Origin: Eledone cirrhosa
Taxonomy: Eukaryota
Direction of reading: 5' to 3'
NCBI GenBank assembly: GCA_964016885.1
Contig: OZ024744.1
Span: forward strand, 40,176,001 to 40,240,000
Length of the DNA stretch: 64,000 bases
The notes below the pieces were generated by a model. The model was not told where the DNA came from. It saw nothing but the letters and a program-made list of their open reading frames with translations, and searched no databases. Below are positions 1-11,705 of this stretch, one piece after another. The translations under genes were made by a program, and so were the position numbers. Each line of letters begins with the position of its first letter. Position 1 is the first letter of the stretch.

Positions 1-344
1 ACTTACACTCACAAACACACGCACACACATAGACACACACACTCACACACACAAACTCATATACACACAAAAAAACAAAACAAGCAAACCAAAATAATCT
101 GTCAAGATTAAGTTTCAATGTATTTCTATTTACACTTATTTTCTTATAAAACAGGCAGCCTGAAAATAAATTGAAAATATGTTTCACTTAAAAAATAATT
201 TGTTCTTATCACTTTAAATTACAATAAGTTATTGGTGAAAAAAAAAAGTCAACATTAAATTTCAATATATTTCTATGTTTTTATATGGATTTGTAAGTCT
301 ATGAATAATTTATGATTAAGTCTAATAATTCATGACTATTATGA

Positions 345-670
345 TTTGCGGTCTGAGTTCAAATTCTGCTGAGGTTAACTTTGCCTTTCAACATTACAGG
401 GTTGATAAAATAAAGTACCAGTAATACACTGGTGTTATTGCTGGCCTTGTGCCAAAATGTAGAAGCAATTATGTCTTTTTTGGTATATAATATGCTTTGC
501 AGCATTGAGTTACGTTCCTTTACATTCTGAGTTCAAATCCCGCTGAAGTTAGCTTTGCCTTTCATCCTTGCAGGATCAATAAAGTAAAGCACCAGTAACA
601 TACTGGGGTCGATTTAATCAACTTTCCTTCCCCTAAAATAGTTGGCCTTGTGCCTAAATCAGAAACCATT
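345..670 (+). mobile_element. two tandem degenerate tRNA-derived SINEs with Deu/Nin-type core
   Basis: B-box-like gagttcaaat followed by tttgcctttca(tc)c...gataaaataaagtaccag, twice; the same family recurs throughout the window. Confidence 0.75.
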
Positions 671-786
671 ATGCCTTTTGGTATATTTCATGCCAATTAA
701 TATGTCTTTGACCAATTTGTTTTTCAGCCAATATGGCTTCAGCCAGTGTGTTTTGATAAGTGTGCTGTATACCCATATATGGTGAC

Positions 787-887
787 GATCATCATCATCG
801 TTGTCACCATTGTCATCGTCGTCATTGTCACCATTGTCATCACCATCATTGTCATCATCATAATCAACATCATCATTATCATCATCG

Positions 888-935
<48 letters not shown>

Positions 936-1143
936 CCACCATCATCATCATCTTCATCATCTTCATAATCATTTTCGTCATCATCATCATCATCGTCATT
1001 GTCACCATTACCATGACCACCACCACCATCATCACCATCATCATCATCATTATCATCACCACCATCACCACCACCGTCATCATCACCACCTCCACCACCA
1101 CCACCATCATCACCATTATCATCATCATCATCATCACCATCAC
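787..1143. repeat. imperfect (CAT)n/(CAC)n trinucleotide tract
   Basis: About 120 triplets of cat/cac/cgt; this explains the poly-His, poly-Ile and poly-Met ORFs. Confidence 0.97.
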
Positions 1144-1415
1144 TGTTTTATGTTTGTTTTCCATGGTGGCACAGGTTGGATTAAAAGATGCTTACACCCG
1201 CTAGGTTTCCCAAGTGCTCACCCATCTAACTCTTTACAATCCTTTTTTAAGACAACACATACACACACACTCTCTCTCTTTTTTCTTTTCTCTTCTCTCT
1301 ATTTCTTTTTCCTTTCATTCTGTTTTTGTCTTTTCTTTTCTTTTTATCAGTATCTTTTGTCTCCTTTTCTCTATCTTTATTTCCTGTCCCACTTCTTCTC
1401 TCTCCTTCTCAGAAA

Positions 1416-3863
1416 TCCTATATATCTCTCTCTATATATGAAATTCTTTGTCTGTCTGTCTGTCTGTCTGTCTATGCATTCTCAAATGGCTGGACCAAAT
1501 CAAATCAAATTTTACAAGGTAATACCCCGGGAGTGTCAACATGTAATTTTTATTTTCATTTGGATTAAAAAAATATAATATTGTATCTAAAATAACATTT
1601 CTATAGTGAACTATAGTAAACCACAACAATGATGATGATGAATCACATTTTATATATGAGTGTGTATGTGTAAGTGAGTGTGTGTGTGTTTGTGAGTTTG
1701 TTACTATGTAAGTTGCATGCACATTATCTTCACACACAGACAATTAAACACACACACACATGTACTCATATAGATACATATGTGATGACAGACAGGTGTG
1801 TGTGAATCTATGTCTGTGTATGTCTGTCTTAGTATATGTATGTGAGTGTGTGTGAGAGTGTGTGTGAGAGTATGTGAGAGTATATTTGTGTGTGAGTGTA
1901 TGTGTGATGATTTTCATTTTAATTTGCATTAAAACAATAGAAAACAACGCACTAATGTCACATTTTCTATATTAATATGTATGTGTCTGTGAGTGTTGTG
2001 TGCATGTTCATTAGGTACGTAGATGAATGGCTTGTGAAAGCTGTACAAGCCATGTATAGGGGAGAAGTCAGCAAAGTTAGGATTAGCAATGAGTATAGCG
2101 AGGAATTTAGCGTACAGGTTGGGGTCCACCAGGGCTCTGTTCTTATCCCCCTCCTGTTCATCATAGTCCTGCAGGCAATAACGGAGGAGTTTAAGACCGG
2201 ATGCCTATGGGAACTCCTGTATGCTGATGACCTCGCACTTATAGCTGAATCTATGGTAGAACTAGAGAAGAAATTCCAAACTTGGAAGCAGGGACTAGAA
2301 AGAAAGGGTCTCAAAGTCAACATAACAAAGACTAAGGTCCTTGTAAGTAGACGAGAAAACAGAACCCAGATCCCCTCAGGGAAATGGCCTTGCTCAGTAT
2401 GTAGGAAAGGTGTAGGTAGGAACTCCATTCTCTGCCCCAAATGCAAACAATGGGTACACAAGAGATGTAGCAGGATCTCAGGAAGCTTAATTAAGAATGT
2501 AGGCTTCACATGCAGCAGCTGTGCTGGGACAGCAAGCAGCAAACAGCCACATGAAACAAGTACCACCAATCTCTGGGAGTGCTCTGTAGAAACAGTAGAC
2601 AGCTTCTGCTACCTAGGTGACCGAATTAGCAGCGGAGGTGGGTGTTCAGAAAGTACAATAACTAGGGTAAGAACGGGATGGAAGAAGTTTAGGGAACTAC
2701 TACCACTGCTAGCTGCAAAAGGCTTCTCCCTCAAAATGAAAGGCAGACTGTATGATGCGTGTATCCGAACAGCGATGTTGCATGGTAGTGAGACCTGGGC
2801 GTTGAAGGTGGAAGACTTACGTAGATTAGAGAGAAACGAAGCCTGCATGCTCCGATGGATGTGTAACAGTAATATACGTGAACGACAAAGCATAAATGAA
2901 TTGAGAGAGAGACTGAGCATAAGCGGAATCAAATGCTGTGTGCAGGAGAGGCGGTTGCGCTGATATGGACATGTGATGCGTATGAAGGATGACAGCTGCA
3001 TAAAAAGGTGCAGAGCACTAGAAGTCGATGGAAACCGCGGAGTAGGGAGACCCAAGATGACCTGGGATGAGGTGATAAAAGCCGACCTTACCCAATTACA
3101 CCTCTCAAAGGCGATGACACACGACCGTGACCTCTAGCGTTACGCAGTAATACAGAGTACCCGACCTCCCATGGGTACAAGCTGAAGCATATAGACAATA
3201 TGCCCCCACACCCTCCCACTGCAAAGTGGTCGTGAGGTACCACGACAAAAAAAGCACCCAGCCCACACTGTAAAGTGGACGTGTAGGCACCACGAAAAAG
3301 CACCCAGCACTCACCGTAAATGAGGTTGGTGTTAGGAAGGGCATCCAGCTGTAGAAATCAAGCCAAATCAGTTCCTGTATGAGCAAGGCATGGTCAGCCG
3401 ACGAGACACTGCCCACAACAGGACAACCCGTCTAACCCATGCTAGCGTGGAAGAACGGACGTAAAACGGTGATGATGATGATGATGATGATGATTAAATA
3501 CACACACACACCTTGTCAACTGACCAAAAATGAGGTGAAAAGCTATGTGTGTGTCTGTGTGAATGTATGTCTGTGTGTGTTTGTCTTAGTATATATATGT
3601 GAGAGTGTATGTGTGCGAGTGTGTAGCAACAATTTATTCATTTGGACACCAATAAAAAATTACACATATTGTTTACTCTAAGGTGCTTCAAGATTGACAG
3701 ATTTTCATTTCTAAATTCTAATATCATTACAATTTTGATATTTTAAAAATAAAATATAGATATTTTGAAATAATTATGAGAAAAAAACATATCTTCATAT
3801 TTATTGATAACTAATCTGAATAAGAACAACAGTAACCTGGGCAACGCCGGGTAATTCAGCTAG
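1416..3863 (+). mobile_element. non-autonomous Helitron, interrupted by an RTE insertion
   Basis: 5' A|TC...tctatatat followed by a (GTCT)n tract; 3' hairpin acctgg-gcaacg-ccgggt (3835-3852) then CTAG|T at 3860-3864. The 5' boundary is approximate. Confidence 0.7.
2012..3494 (+). mobile_element. 5'-truncated RTE-clade LINE (RT C-half, PHD finger, 3' UTR, (GAT)n tail)
   Basis: ORF 1977-2963 has GVHQGSVLxP, LLYADD, FCYLG and LHGSETW motifs; premature TGA at 2961; tail ...aggaagggcatccagctgtag...(gat)n. Confidence 0.95.
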
Positions 3864-3876
3864 TTTCGTCGCAACA

Positions 3877-4347
3877 CTGACTTTCTTTTTTCTGTGATAT
3901 ATATATATATATACTTTATAAATAACAATCAAAGAGTGTTTAATAATATTTAATTACTAACGATCATTTCACCCAAGCACAAGGCCGGAATCATCGGAGT
4001 ATAAATAAAAAGTTAGAACACAGATAACTTTGTCAAAGAACATTCAGGGGCTACCACACATGGAAAGAAAGCGAAAATAATAGATATTAACATAGATTTG
4101 TGAGAAGAAAGCAAACACTCTTAAATCTATGTTAATATCTATTATTTTCGCTTTCTTTCCATGTGTGGTATCCCCTGAATGTTCTTTGACAAAGTTATCT
4201 GTGTTCTAACTTTTGATTTATACTCCGATGATTCCGGCCTTGTGCTTATGTGAAATGATCGTTAGTAATTAAATGTTATTAAACACTCTTTGATTGTTAT
4301 TTATAAAGTATATATATATATATATATCACAGAAAAAAGAGAGTCAG
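3877..4347. repeat. near-perfect ~223-bp-arm inverted repeat; PLE-type terminus with hammerhead motif
   Basis: 3877-4099 is the reverse complement of 4123-4347 with a few mismatches and a 23-nt loop; (TA)n lies inside both outer ends. Confidence 0.95.
4221..4267 (+). ncRNA. variant minimal hammerhead motif (U4C); mirror copy at 3955-4001 (-)
   Basis: tact-CCGATGA-(weak stem II)-GAAA-tgatcg-TT-agta; stem I is tact/agta; stem III is a near-palindrome ATGATCGT. Confidence 0.5.
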
Positions 4348-4527
4348 TTTTAGTTTTAAGTTTTTACCGGTTGCACATTTCTAATGCTTTTCAAAAATAA
4401 TTTTAAGATAGAACCATCGTGATGTTAGCTCTAATCAGATTAGAGCTAACACCACGAGCGCTCTATCTCAAAATTATTTTTGAAAAGCATTAGAAATGTG
4501 CAACCGGTAAAAACTTAAAACTAAAAA
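4348..4527. repeat. second palindrome (~90-bp arms, 1-nt loop) abutting the first
   Basis: Centre gttagctctaatc-a-gattagagctaac; arms end in tttagttttaagtttttaccggttgcac / gtgcaaccggtaaaaacttaaaactaaa. Confidence 0.95.
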
Positions 4528-4649
4528 TTCCTAATTAAACTATTTTTCACTGGGAAAAATTTGTCAGCATTTTCTTTTCCTTTTTACTAATATATATATA
4601 TATATATATAGATATATAAATATACACGGGTGTGTATGAGTGTGTATAG

Positions 4650-6025
4650 AAGATTATATTAATAAAAGGAATTCCAACTTTGTCTGATTTACTCGTTTTA
4701 TTTACAATCCTTTAAATTTATAATGGTATTAGAATGAAATAGTATGGTGGAATATTAAATGTTAAGTGTTAATTGAACAAGTACTTTCACACTTTCGCAA
4801 TCTTCAGGTTCATAATGTGTGGTGACAGTCAAGTTTGCAATTTTCAACTGTAATGAGATGGGTAAATTTTGTGCCTTATATACAGTGAAAAGTGGCTCCA
4901 GAATGCTAAATCTTGCAAACTGTATTTCGACAAATCAGTGTGTAGTTTCACTGGATTGCTAAAGCTGATTGGTTTAGGCGTCACGGTTGGTTGAGCATGT
5001 CTAACAACTACTTAATTGACCCTATCCAAAGCATCAATTGTTTTGCTATTTTTAGAAATGATGAATATAGCATTTTCTAGTAATCATCACTATCAACATC
5101 ACTTTTATTATTATTATTATTGTTGTTGTTGTTGTTGCTGTTGTTGTTGTTAGTGGTCGTAGTCATAGTCATAGTAGGAAACCCCATTATTAATGTTCAT
5201 TTAGCTTGGGTTTGAATTTATCAATAAAATTCTTTTCATTGATTTTTCTCTTGATTTCACTTGGGCTGTGTAATTTGTAGAATGGGAATATTATAAATAT
5301 TCCCTGACCACATGTTGCTAGATGGTTACTTAGGGGTATCTGACGGACATTTGGGTCTCTGATTTGCTGCCGGTGTACCCGTGCATGTTCCGATAGTGCA
5401 TTTCCAGTTTGACCGAATTATAGTTCTTCACAATTCGGGCATTTAATGCAGTAAATTAGATTTCTGCTTTTGCAGTTCATATTTGCATTTGGGAATATTT
5501 TTCCAGTTTTTGTTTTCATATATTGACCGGCGTGTATGGATTGACATGTGCCACATCGACTATCATTGCATTTAGATGCAGTGAATGATTGGTCTTTGTT
5601 GTTAAGGTCAAACTTTGCTTTTGTTAGTAATTGCTTCAAATTTTTCGGCTGTCTTTTACTAAGAGTCAAAGATCGATCTGTGATTAAGCCTTTTAATTCA
5701 TTACTTTGAGCAATGATCGGTAGGTTTGCTTTGGCAGTGTTGAAGATATTCTGGTGACATGGGTTGTGTGTCATTATAAATGGTATGACCAGTTCTTGGT
5801 TTCTTCTTCCTTGGGTTGTCCTAAGTTGTTGTATAGGTATTTTTATAGCCCGCTGTATGCCATTTTCTATAAGTAGAGATGGGTATTTTTGTTTGAGCAA
5901 AAGTTCTCTTAGTTCTGTTAGGCGTTTGTACCTGGTATTCGTATCTTCTACAATGGTACAAATTCCTCTGGCTAGGCAGTATGGGATGTTGAGTTTTGTA
6001 TGAGGTGGATGGCATGACTTAAAAT
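4650..6025 (-). mobile_element. 5'-truncated Penelope-like element (Neptune-like), RT thumb + GIY-YIG endonuclease, pseudogenised
   Basis: ORF 5418-5900 and its continuation: KCNDSRCGTC linker, then NLIYCIKCPNCEEL*IGQT...RVHRQQI...NHL...EKNFIDKFKPKLN. Upstream LNFKSCHPPHTKLNIPY is a typical PLE thumb. Confidence 0.92.
4774..4812 (-). ncRNA. minimal type-I hammerhead ribozyme in the PLE 3' pseudo-LTR
   Basis: Minus strand: tgaac-CTGAAGA-ttgcgaaagtgt-GAAA-gtac-TT-gttca; 5-bp stem I; palindrome AAGTACTT spanning stem III. Confidence 0.85.
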
Positions 6026-6069
6026 TCAGATATTGATGGGTGTCTGTGTGTTTATAATATATATCCGTG

Positions 6070-6351
6070 GTAATTCAATTCTCAGACCAGGTGATGTGTT
6101 GTTTCCTTGAGCAAGACACTTTATTTCACATTTCTCCAGTTTACTCAGCTGTAGAAATGAGATGATAGGGACTGGGATCCATATCATCCCACTGCAAAGT
6201 GGTCGTGGAGGTGCCACGGCAAAAAAGTACCCAGCACTCACTGTAAATGAGGTTGGTGTTAGGAAGGGCATCCAGCTGTAGAAATAAAGCCAGAATCAGT
6301 TCCCGTCCCACCCTTGCAAGCAGGGAAAACAGACGTAAAACGATGATGATG
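6070..6351 (+). mobile_element. tRNA-derived SINE with RTE-derived 3' tail
   Basis: ttcaattctcagacc...tccttgagcaagacactt core followed by the RTE tail ggttggtgttaggaagggcatccagctgtagaaa...(gat)n. Other copies at 31535-31908, 42366-42765 and 50835-51160. Confidence 0.85.
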
Positions 6352-7171
6352 ATATATATATATATATATATATACATATATCGTTTCTGAATTTGGCAAC
6401 ATGACCCTCCCAAAGTATAACAATATATACATATATATATATATGGCATTGTTATTAGATGTTGAAAAGAGCAGTGGCCTAAGACCTGGAAATAAAAACT
6501 GGAGACAAATTTCTTTCTGTACCAAAAACAAGGCACACACAGACACACACACAAGTTTGTTTGTGTGTGTGTGTGTGTGTGTGTGTGGGGGGGGGGGGTT
6601 ACTGTACATGTGCGCGTGTATGTCTGTGTGTGCATCTATCTTGGTATATATATAAGGGATATTGTTTGTTCACTGTCACCAAGCATCTCAATTCATTCGT
6701 TGCAACTAAATTTGTGATCGAGGCACTTTATTTTGCAAGGTACTATTTTTCCCTTGAGTTTGTGATTCAAGAGAAAGGTATGAATTTATTCATATTTTGC
6801 ATCTTTTGTATTTTGACTTTACAGTTTGAATTGTCGAATTGTGTATCCACACAAAATATTACAACAGCTAACAGTGAAATATAGAATTTTAAAAAAAAAA
6901 GCTTATCCGACTGAGATCAAATCTTTGAGAATATTCACATCTTTTTTTTTTTTAATATATAATTTGAAATAGCTTGCTTTTGTTTTGGACTGAAACTTTT
7001 TTGTATTTAATTCGTATGAATATTTTTTAAAGATCTTTTAAAGATTCTAACATAACTTGATTTGGCCCAGTAATCTACTGATATTAAAATCAGTAGTATA
7101 TTGAAAAATGGAAAAGTAGGGTAGAGGACGTTTCGTGATTTTGAGGGGCAAAGATAGGTTGAGAACCTTTG

Positions 7172-7365
7172 GCTTAGCTCATTTGATCTTGAGGCTGATC
7201 TTCTCCAGAGCAGAAACTACTAAATGCAGATCATAGCTTAGATCAGTTGATCTTGATGCTGATTTTAACCAGAGCAGAAACTACTAAATGCAGATCATGG
7301 TTTAGATCATTTGATCTTCAGGCTGATCTTCACCAGAGCAGAAACTACTGAATGCAGACCATGGC
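7172..7365. repeat. 64-bp tandem repeat, 3 copies
   Basis: agagcagaaactact recurs at 7207, 7271 and 7335. Confidence 0.9.
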
Positions 7366-8652
7366 AGATATTCTCCACTAGCCTTGTTGCATTATTGAGA
7401 TACTACATGTTAAATGGAGCTGTGATTCTATGAGCAGCATTGTTTACTCTAGTGCAAAAGGGAGAGACCCTAAGAAGTCACCCTGTTGGATGCTGGTGTA
7501 AGGGTGAAATGACATTATCTGTGGTGAGAAGCATGCTGAGAAAAAAATATAAGGAAGCCAATGGGTTGATGGACATCACATGACTGAGGCAAGCTGTGAG
7601 CAAGGGGTCACAGCACAGACAGTATTTCTCATATCAAGCTTGACAATGAGATACCTAGAATCTGTTAGCAGTGGCCTGATGAACTGCATAACAGTGCACT
7701 GTGCTTAGTTTTTCACCCAGTTCAGCAATGACAAACCTATAAATGACCTTGGGAGCCAACCTTCTGAAAATATTGCCCACAGTAATAGGGTGCATACTAC
7801 TGTCTTTCTTATGTATCACCCATTAAAAACCATCAGTCTAGAACTGTCTAATGACTCTGTAAACATAGAAAAGTAATAGGCCACTGACTTGAATTAAGTA
7901 AAGCTATTAATCTATCGCTACAATGGTATAGAGTACTCATTCTGAAACCCTGAAATACTAGTAATTTGCATTCTCACATGGCTACTGAGGTAGATGTAAC
8001 ATCATAAAATACCACAGAGAGACTTTTGCCTTTCATCCTTACAGGGTCGATAAAATAAAGTACCAGTAATGTACTGGGTAATTGCTGGCCTTGTGCCAAA
8101 AGTAGAAACAATTACATATAAACATATTATTTATGTCTGCACATATGCCTTTGTTATGAATCACACTGTGTTAGTGCTACTATATGCAGATGAGCATCAC
8201 TACAATTTGCAAAAAATCTATATAAGCTGTCAACTTATTCTTGCTCCAATACCAAGTGAGTAAACATCACTGAAGATAGATGAAAATCCTGAAATACTTT
8301 ATTATGATTCACAGTGTATTAGTGCTGCATAGGTGAGACAGCCCACACATCTATGTATTGAAGTTGTATGTTGATATAAAGTACAATTATTGTATTTATT
8401 CTCTTGTACAATTAAAGCGTGCTGTCCATCAAGGAAGTAATTAAATGTAGTTATCATTTCCTTTTTTTACATCTAAGATAAAAAGGAAATGATTATAAAA
8501 ATATTTTTATACATTATGAAGTAGCTTTTGAGAGCTGAATCACAATAAAATTCCTTTTTGAGATATCTATTTTTAACACACAATCACAAATATATATATA
8601 TATTTGTGATTCTGTATATATATATACATACATCTACATATACATATATATA

Positions 8653-8727
<75 letters not shown>

Positions 8728-9393
8728 TATATATATATATATATATATATTTACATACATATGCATATACATATATGCATGCACACACACACGCACACGC
8801 GCACACACACACACTCATATATAATGTGTAGTTATGAATATATATTTGCGTGACATCTGTAATGTCTATTATCTATTAGTTTTAGTTATATATTTTTTGT
8901 TACTTTATAACAATATAACAATATCAAAACTTTACTTAGAATACTATCTGAAAAAAAAAAAAAGAAAAACAACAAAGAACAAAACAATGAGATGATGAAC
9001 AAGTATATTCTGATATTTTGAAATCAAGATGTGATGTTTTCAATATACAACCAGAATCTATAAAAGAGGTGGTGGAAATCATCCACCATATTGATCTGAA
9101 GCTTAGAGAGTGAAGAAGGTAACTGAATATCTGATGATCCCATCCCCTAAGAAAAAAAACTTTCTCAACACCCTTGAATTTTAAGAAAAGGCCTTTCCTC
9201 TCATGGTTCTGAAAGCCACCATGTTCTGCCTTGTAAAATTCCTCTTGGGAGAAGGAGAGAGAGAATAGAGAGAGGAGATGAAAAAGAGAAAGAATGAATA
9301 GAGAGAAGGGATGAGAAAGAGATGGTGTGAAATAAAATATAAGAGATAAAAACTGAGAGAATGGGGAATAGTGAAAGATAGAGACAAAGAGAC

Positions 9394-9462
<69 letters not shown>

Positions 9463-9599
9463 GAGAAAGTAAAGGTACAAGAAAGGAGTTTATTTAAAAT
9501 TTAAACTAGATGGGTTATTCTTAGGACTAGTGATCCATTATTCAATAAACACCCACTGGTATCTGGGTATATAGTTAAAACAAACTTAAGAATTTTCTT

Positions 9600-10580
9600 G
9601 ATGGAGATAGTTTATTGCAAAACCCTTATTCAGTTAACTTATACTGTAATTCACAGTGCTTCCAATATCAGGAGAAAATACGCCTCCTGCCATCTGGCAC
9701 CACACAAAGCCACCTTCAGCTGTAGCATTTAACAGCTGAAGCAGAAACTGCTGATTTAAATCATTTCCACATCCTCAGTTTTTTCAAAGAGTTCTCTGAA
9801 TTTGGATGCAGTAGTATCCACATACCTGTTCCAGACTTTCTTATCCACCATTGCTTCCCACTTTAAACTGTATGTCGACCTGGACTTGCTAATTCTCTGA
9901 GTTTTCTTGGCTTTAGGTAGTCACAACTTGTAGATAACTAGATGATGATCAGTTGACAGTTCATCCCCTCTCTTAACATGAATATCCAACACAGAGTAGA
10001 AGAGATCAGAGACAATAACAAAATCAATTATTGATCTCTGTCCCTGATTCCCCTTATACCATGTGTATTTATGGATGACCTTGTGCTGGAAGAAGGTGTT
10101 TATAATAGACAACCCATTACTAGAAAACAAGTCTAATAAGGCCTCTCCTTTCATATATAGATTGAGTTGCTGTGCTTTCCAATCACTCCTTTTTATGTCA
10201 GGTATTGGGGTTGATATAATCAACAAAATTCCTTTGAAGCAGTACCCCAATATGGTTGCAGTTTAATGACTGAAACCAGTAAAAGAATAAAAGAACACTT
10301 TAGCAAGGAAGAATGGTAATACATGTTACCCATTTCAGAGTCTACAAGACTGAAGGGAGAGAACAGAAGATATCCTCTAAAGGAAGGTATCCTTAAACCA
10401 GAGACCTGTCCAAAATGCTTCTAACAGTGTGAACTCTACTAAAGTTATCCAAGGGTTAGGTGGTAGTGTGAAACTATGTGTCAGATTAGATATAATACCT
10501 GTGCACTATGGTGGCATTCAAAGAGCCAGATGATATACCACAAAGCATGTGCAAATGATTCCACCAATCAACTGCCCTAA
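9600..10580 (-). mobile_element. degraded RTE-clade (Rex3/Expander-like) APE endonuclease fragment
   Basis: ORF 9921-10250: NTFFQHKxxHKYTW, SIIDFVIVS and STDHHLV AP-endonuclease motifs; a SINE tail is inserted near 10190-10295. Confidence 0.8.
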
Positions 10581-10710
10581 TCTGGATACTCTTTTTTTTT
10601 AATCTGTTTCAGAAGCTACATTCTGAGTTCAAATTCCACTTAGTTTGACTTTCACCTGAATGAAGTGAGCAAGGGTGGGTTGATGGTGATGGTAGTGTGG
10701 TGTCAATAGA

Positions 10711-10914
10711 ATGATTTCTGATTTTGGGAGAGGGGACTGTCGATTAAATTGACCTCAGTGTGTTACTGGTACTTTATTTTATCAACCCCCGAAAGGATGA
10801 AAGGCAAAGTTAACCTCGACGGGATTTGAACTCAGAACGTAAAGAACCATAACTCTATGCTACAAAGCATGGTGTCCGGCGCTCTACCGATACTGCCAAT
10901 CCACCACCCTCTGG
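10711..10914 (-). mobile_element. Deu/Nin-core SINE with 12-bp TSD
   Basis: TSD ggtgtcaataga at 10699-10710 and 10915-10926; A- and B-box-like head on the minus strand. Confidence 0.88.
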
Positions 10915-11187
10915 GGTGTCAATAGATTAAAGCTCTAGTCTTTCAATGTTTGTGGTCTTGTGTCACTGGTGTACAAACTAATTGTTATACTGTTATAGTT
11001 GATGCTGATGAATTAGTGGAATTGTTAAAGCAGATTGCTCACTTTGAAATCAGAAATGGGTGGAGGAGAATTGTGGGTGTCTATTACTGCAGTGTAACAA
11101 CAACGATGATGATGATGATGATGGTGGCGGCGGCGGCGGTGATGGTGCAGGTTTAATTACCAGAACTCATTATGATAGCTGCAATGG

Positions 11188-11374
11188 GGTGGTGGATTGG
11201 AAGTATCGATAGAGGGTCGGACGCCATGCTTTGATGCATAGAGTTACGGCCCTTGCCATTCTGCGTTCAAATCCCGCCGATGTTAACTTTGCCTTTCATC
11301 CTTACGGGGTCGATAAAATAAAGTACCAGTAATGTACTGGGTAATTGCTGGTCTTGTGCCAAAAGTAGAAACAG
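11188..11374 (+). mobile_element. Deu/Nin-core SINE with 18-bp TSD
   Basis: TSD ttatgatagctgcaatgg at 11170-11187 and 11375-11392; gttcaaatccc B box; gcctttcatccttacggggtcgataaaataaagtaccag core. Confidence 0.92.
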
Positions 11375-11468
11375 TTATGATAGCTGCAATGGATGGAGGA
11401 GGGTTGTGGCTGTCTTTTGCAACAGTTGAACAATCATGACTTAAAAATTATATTATTTTTCTTTGCAG

Positions 11469-11639
11469 CCTGAAATTGTAAGCAGCTTGATAGCTGTCGA
11501 CATTGCTCCTTGTGAAAGTCCATCAGCAGATGCATTTCCAGCTTACGCTGTCGCAATGAAAAATGTCTCCATTGATCCAGCTATGAATATTGTAGGAGCA
11601 CGTAAAAGTGTTGATCAGCAGTTAAAACCTACCCTAAAA
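11469..11639 (+). CDS. ABHD11: ABHD11-like alpha/beta hydrolase, internal coding exon (171 nt, phase 0/0)
   Basis: Acceptor ttttctttgcag| and donor |gtaagt. Translates PEIVSSLIAVDIAPCESPSADAFPAYAVAMKNVSIDPAMNIVGARKSVDQQLKPTLK, resembling the ABHD11/YbfF segment (L-I-A-V-D-I-x-P) that follows the GHSMGG nucleophile exon. Confidence 0.93.
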
Positions 11640-11705
11640 GTAAGTGTAGTAAATTTGTAATAATATGATATATACATACAAACATATATATATATATATA
11701 TTTAT

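Noticed and set aside
739-1578. Poly-His, poly-Met and poly-Ile ORFs
   Set aside because: Translations of a (CAT)n/(CAC)n microsatellite; no splice or domain evidence. The same applies to the many YI, CV, HT, SL and ER repeat ORFs.
2222-2232. CTGATGA / CTGACGA matches inside RTE copies (also 12304)
   Set aside because: These are the YADD codons of the reverse transcriptase, with no hammerhead stems.
1967-3055. Antisense ORFs over RTE copies (also 20802, 21120, 38100, 38640, 40732 and 60553)
   Set aside because: Shadow frames of the RT coding strand with no independent motifs.
8265-8310. atca-CTGAAGA-tagatgaaaatcct-GAAA-tacttttatta-tgat hammerhead-like string
   Set aside because: The stem III and cleavage register are off by one, stem II is only 3 bp, and there is no (TA)n or inverted-repeat context; probably chance.
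1-11468. Upstream ABHD11 exons (GHSMGG nucleophile exon)
   Set aside because: No matching exon found by eye; probably upstream of the window. The tttttcag at ~727 is followed by no ABHD11-like frame.
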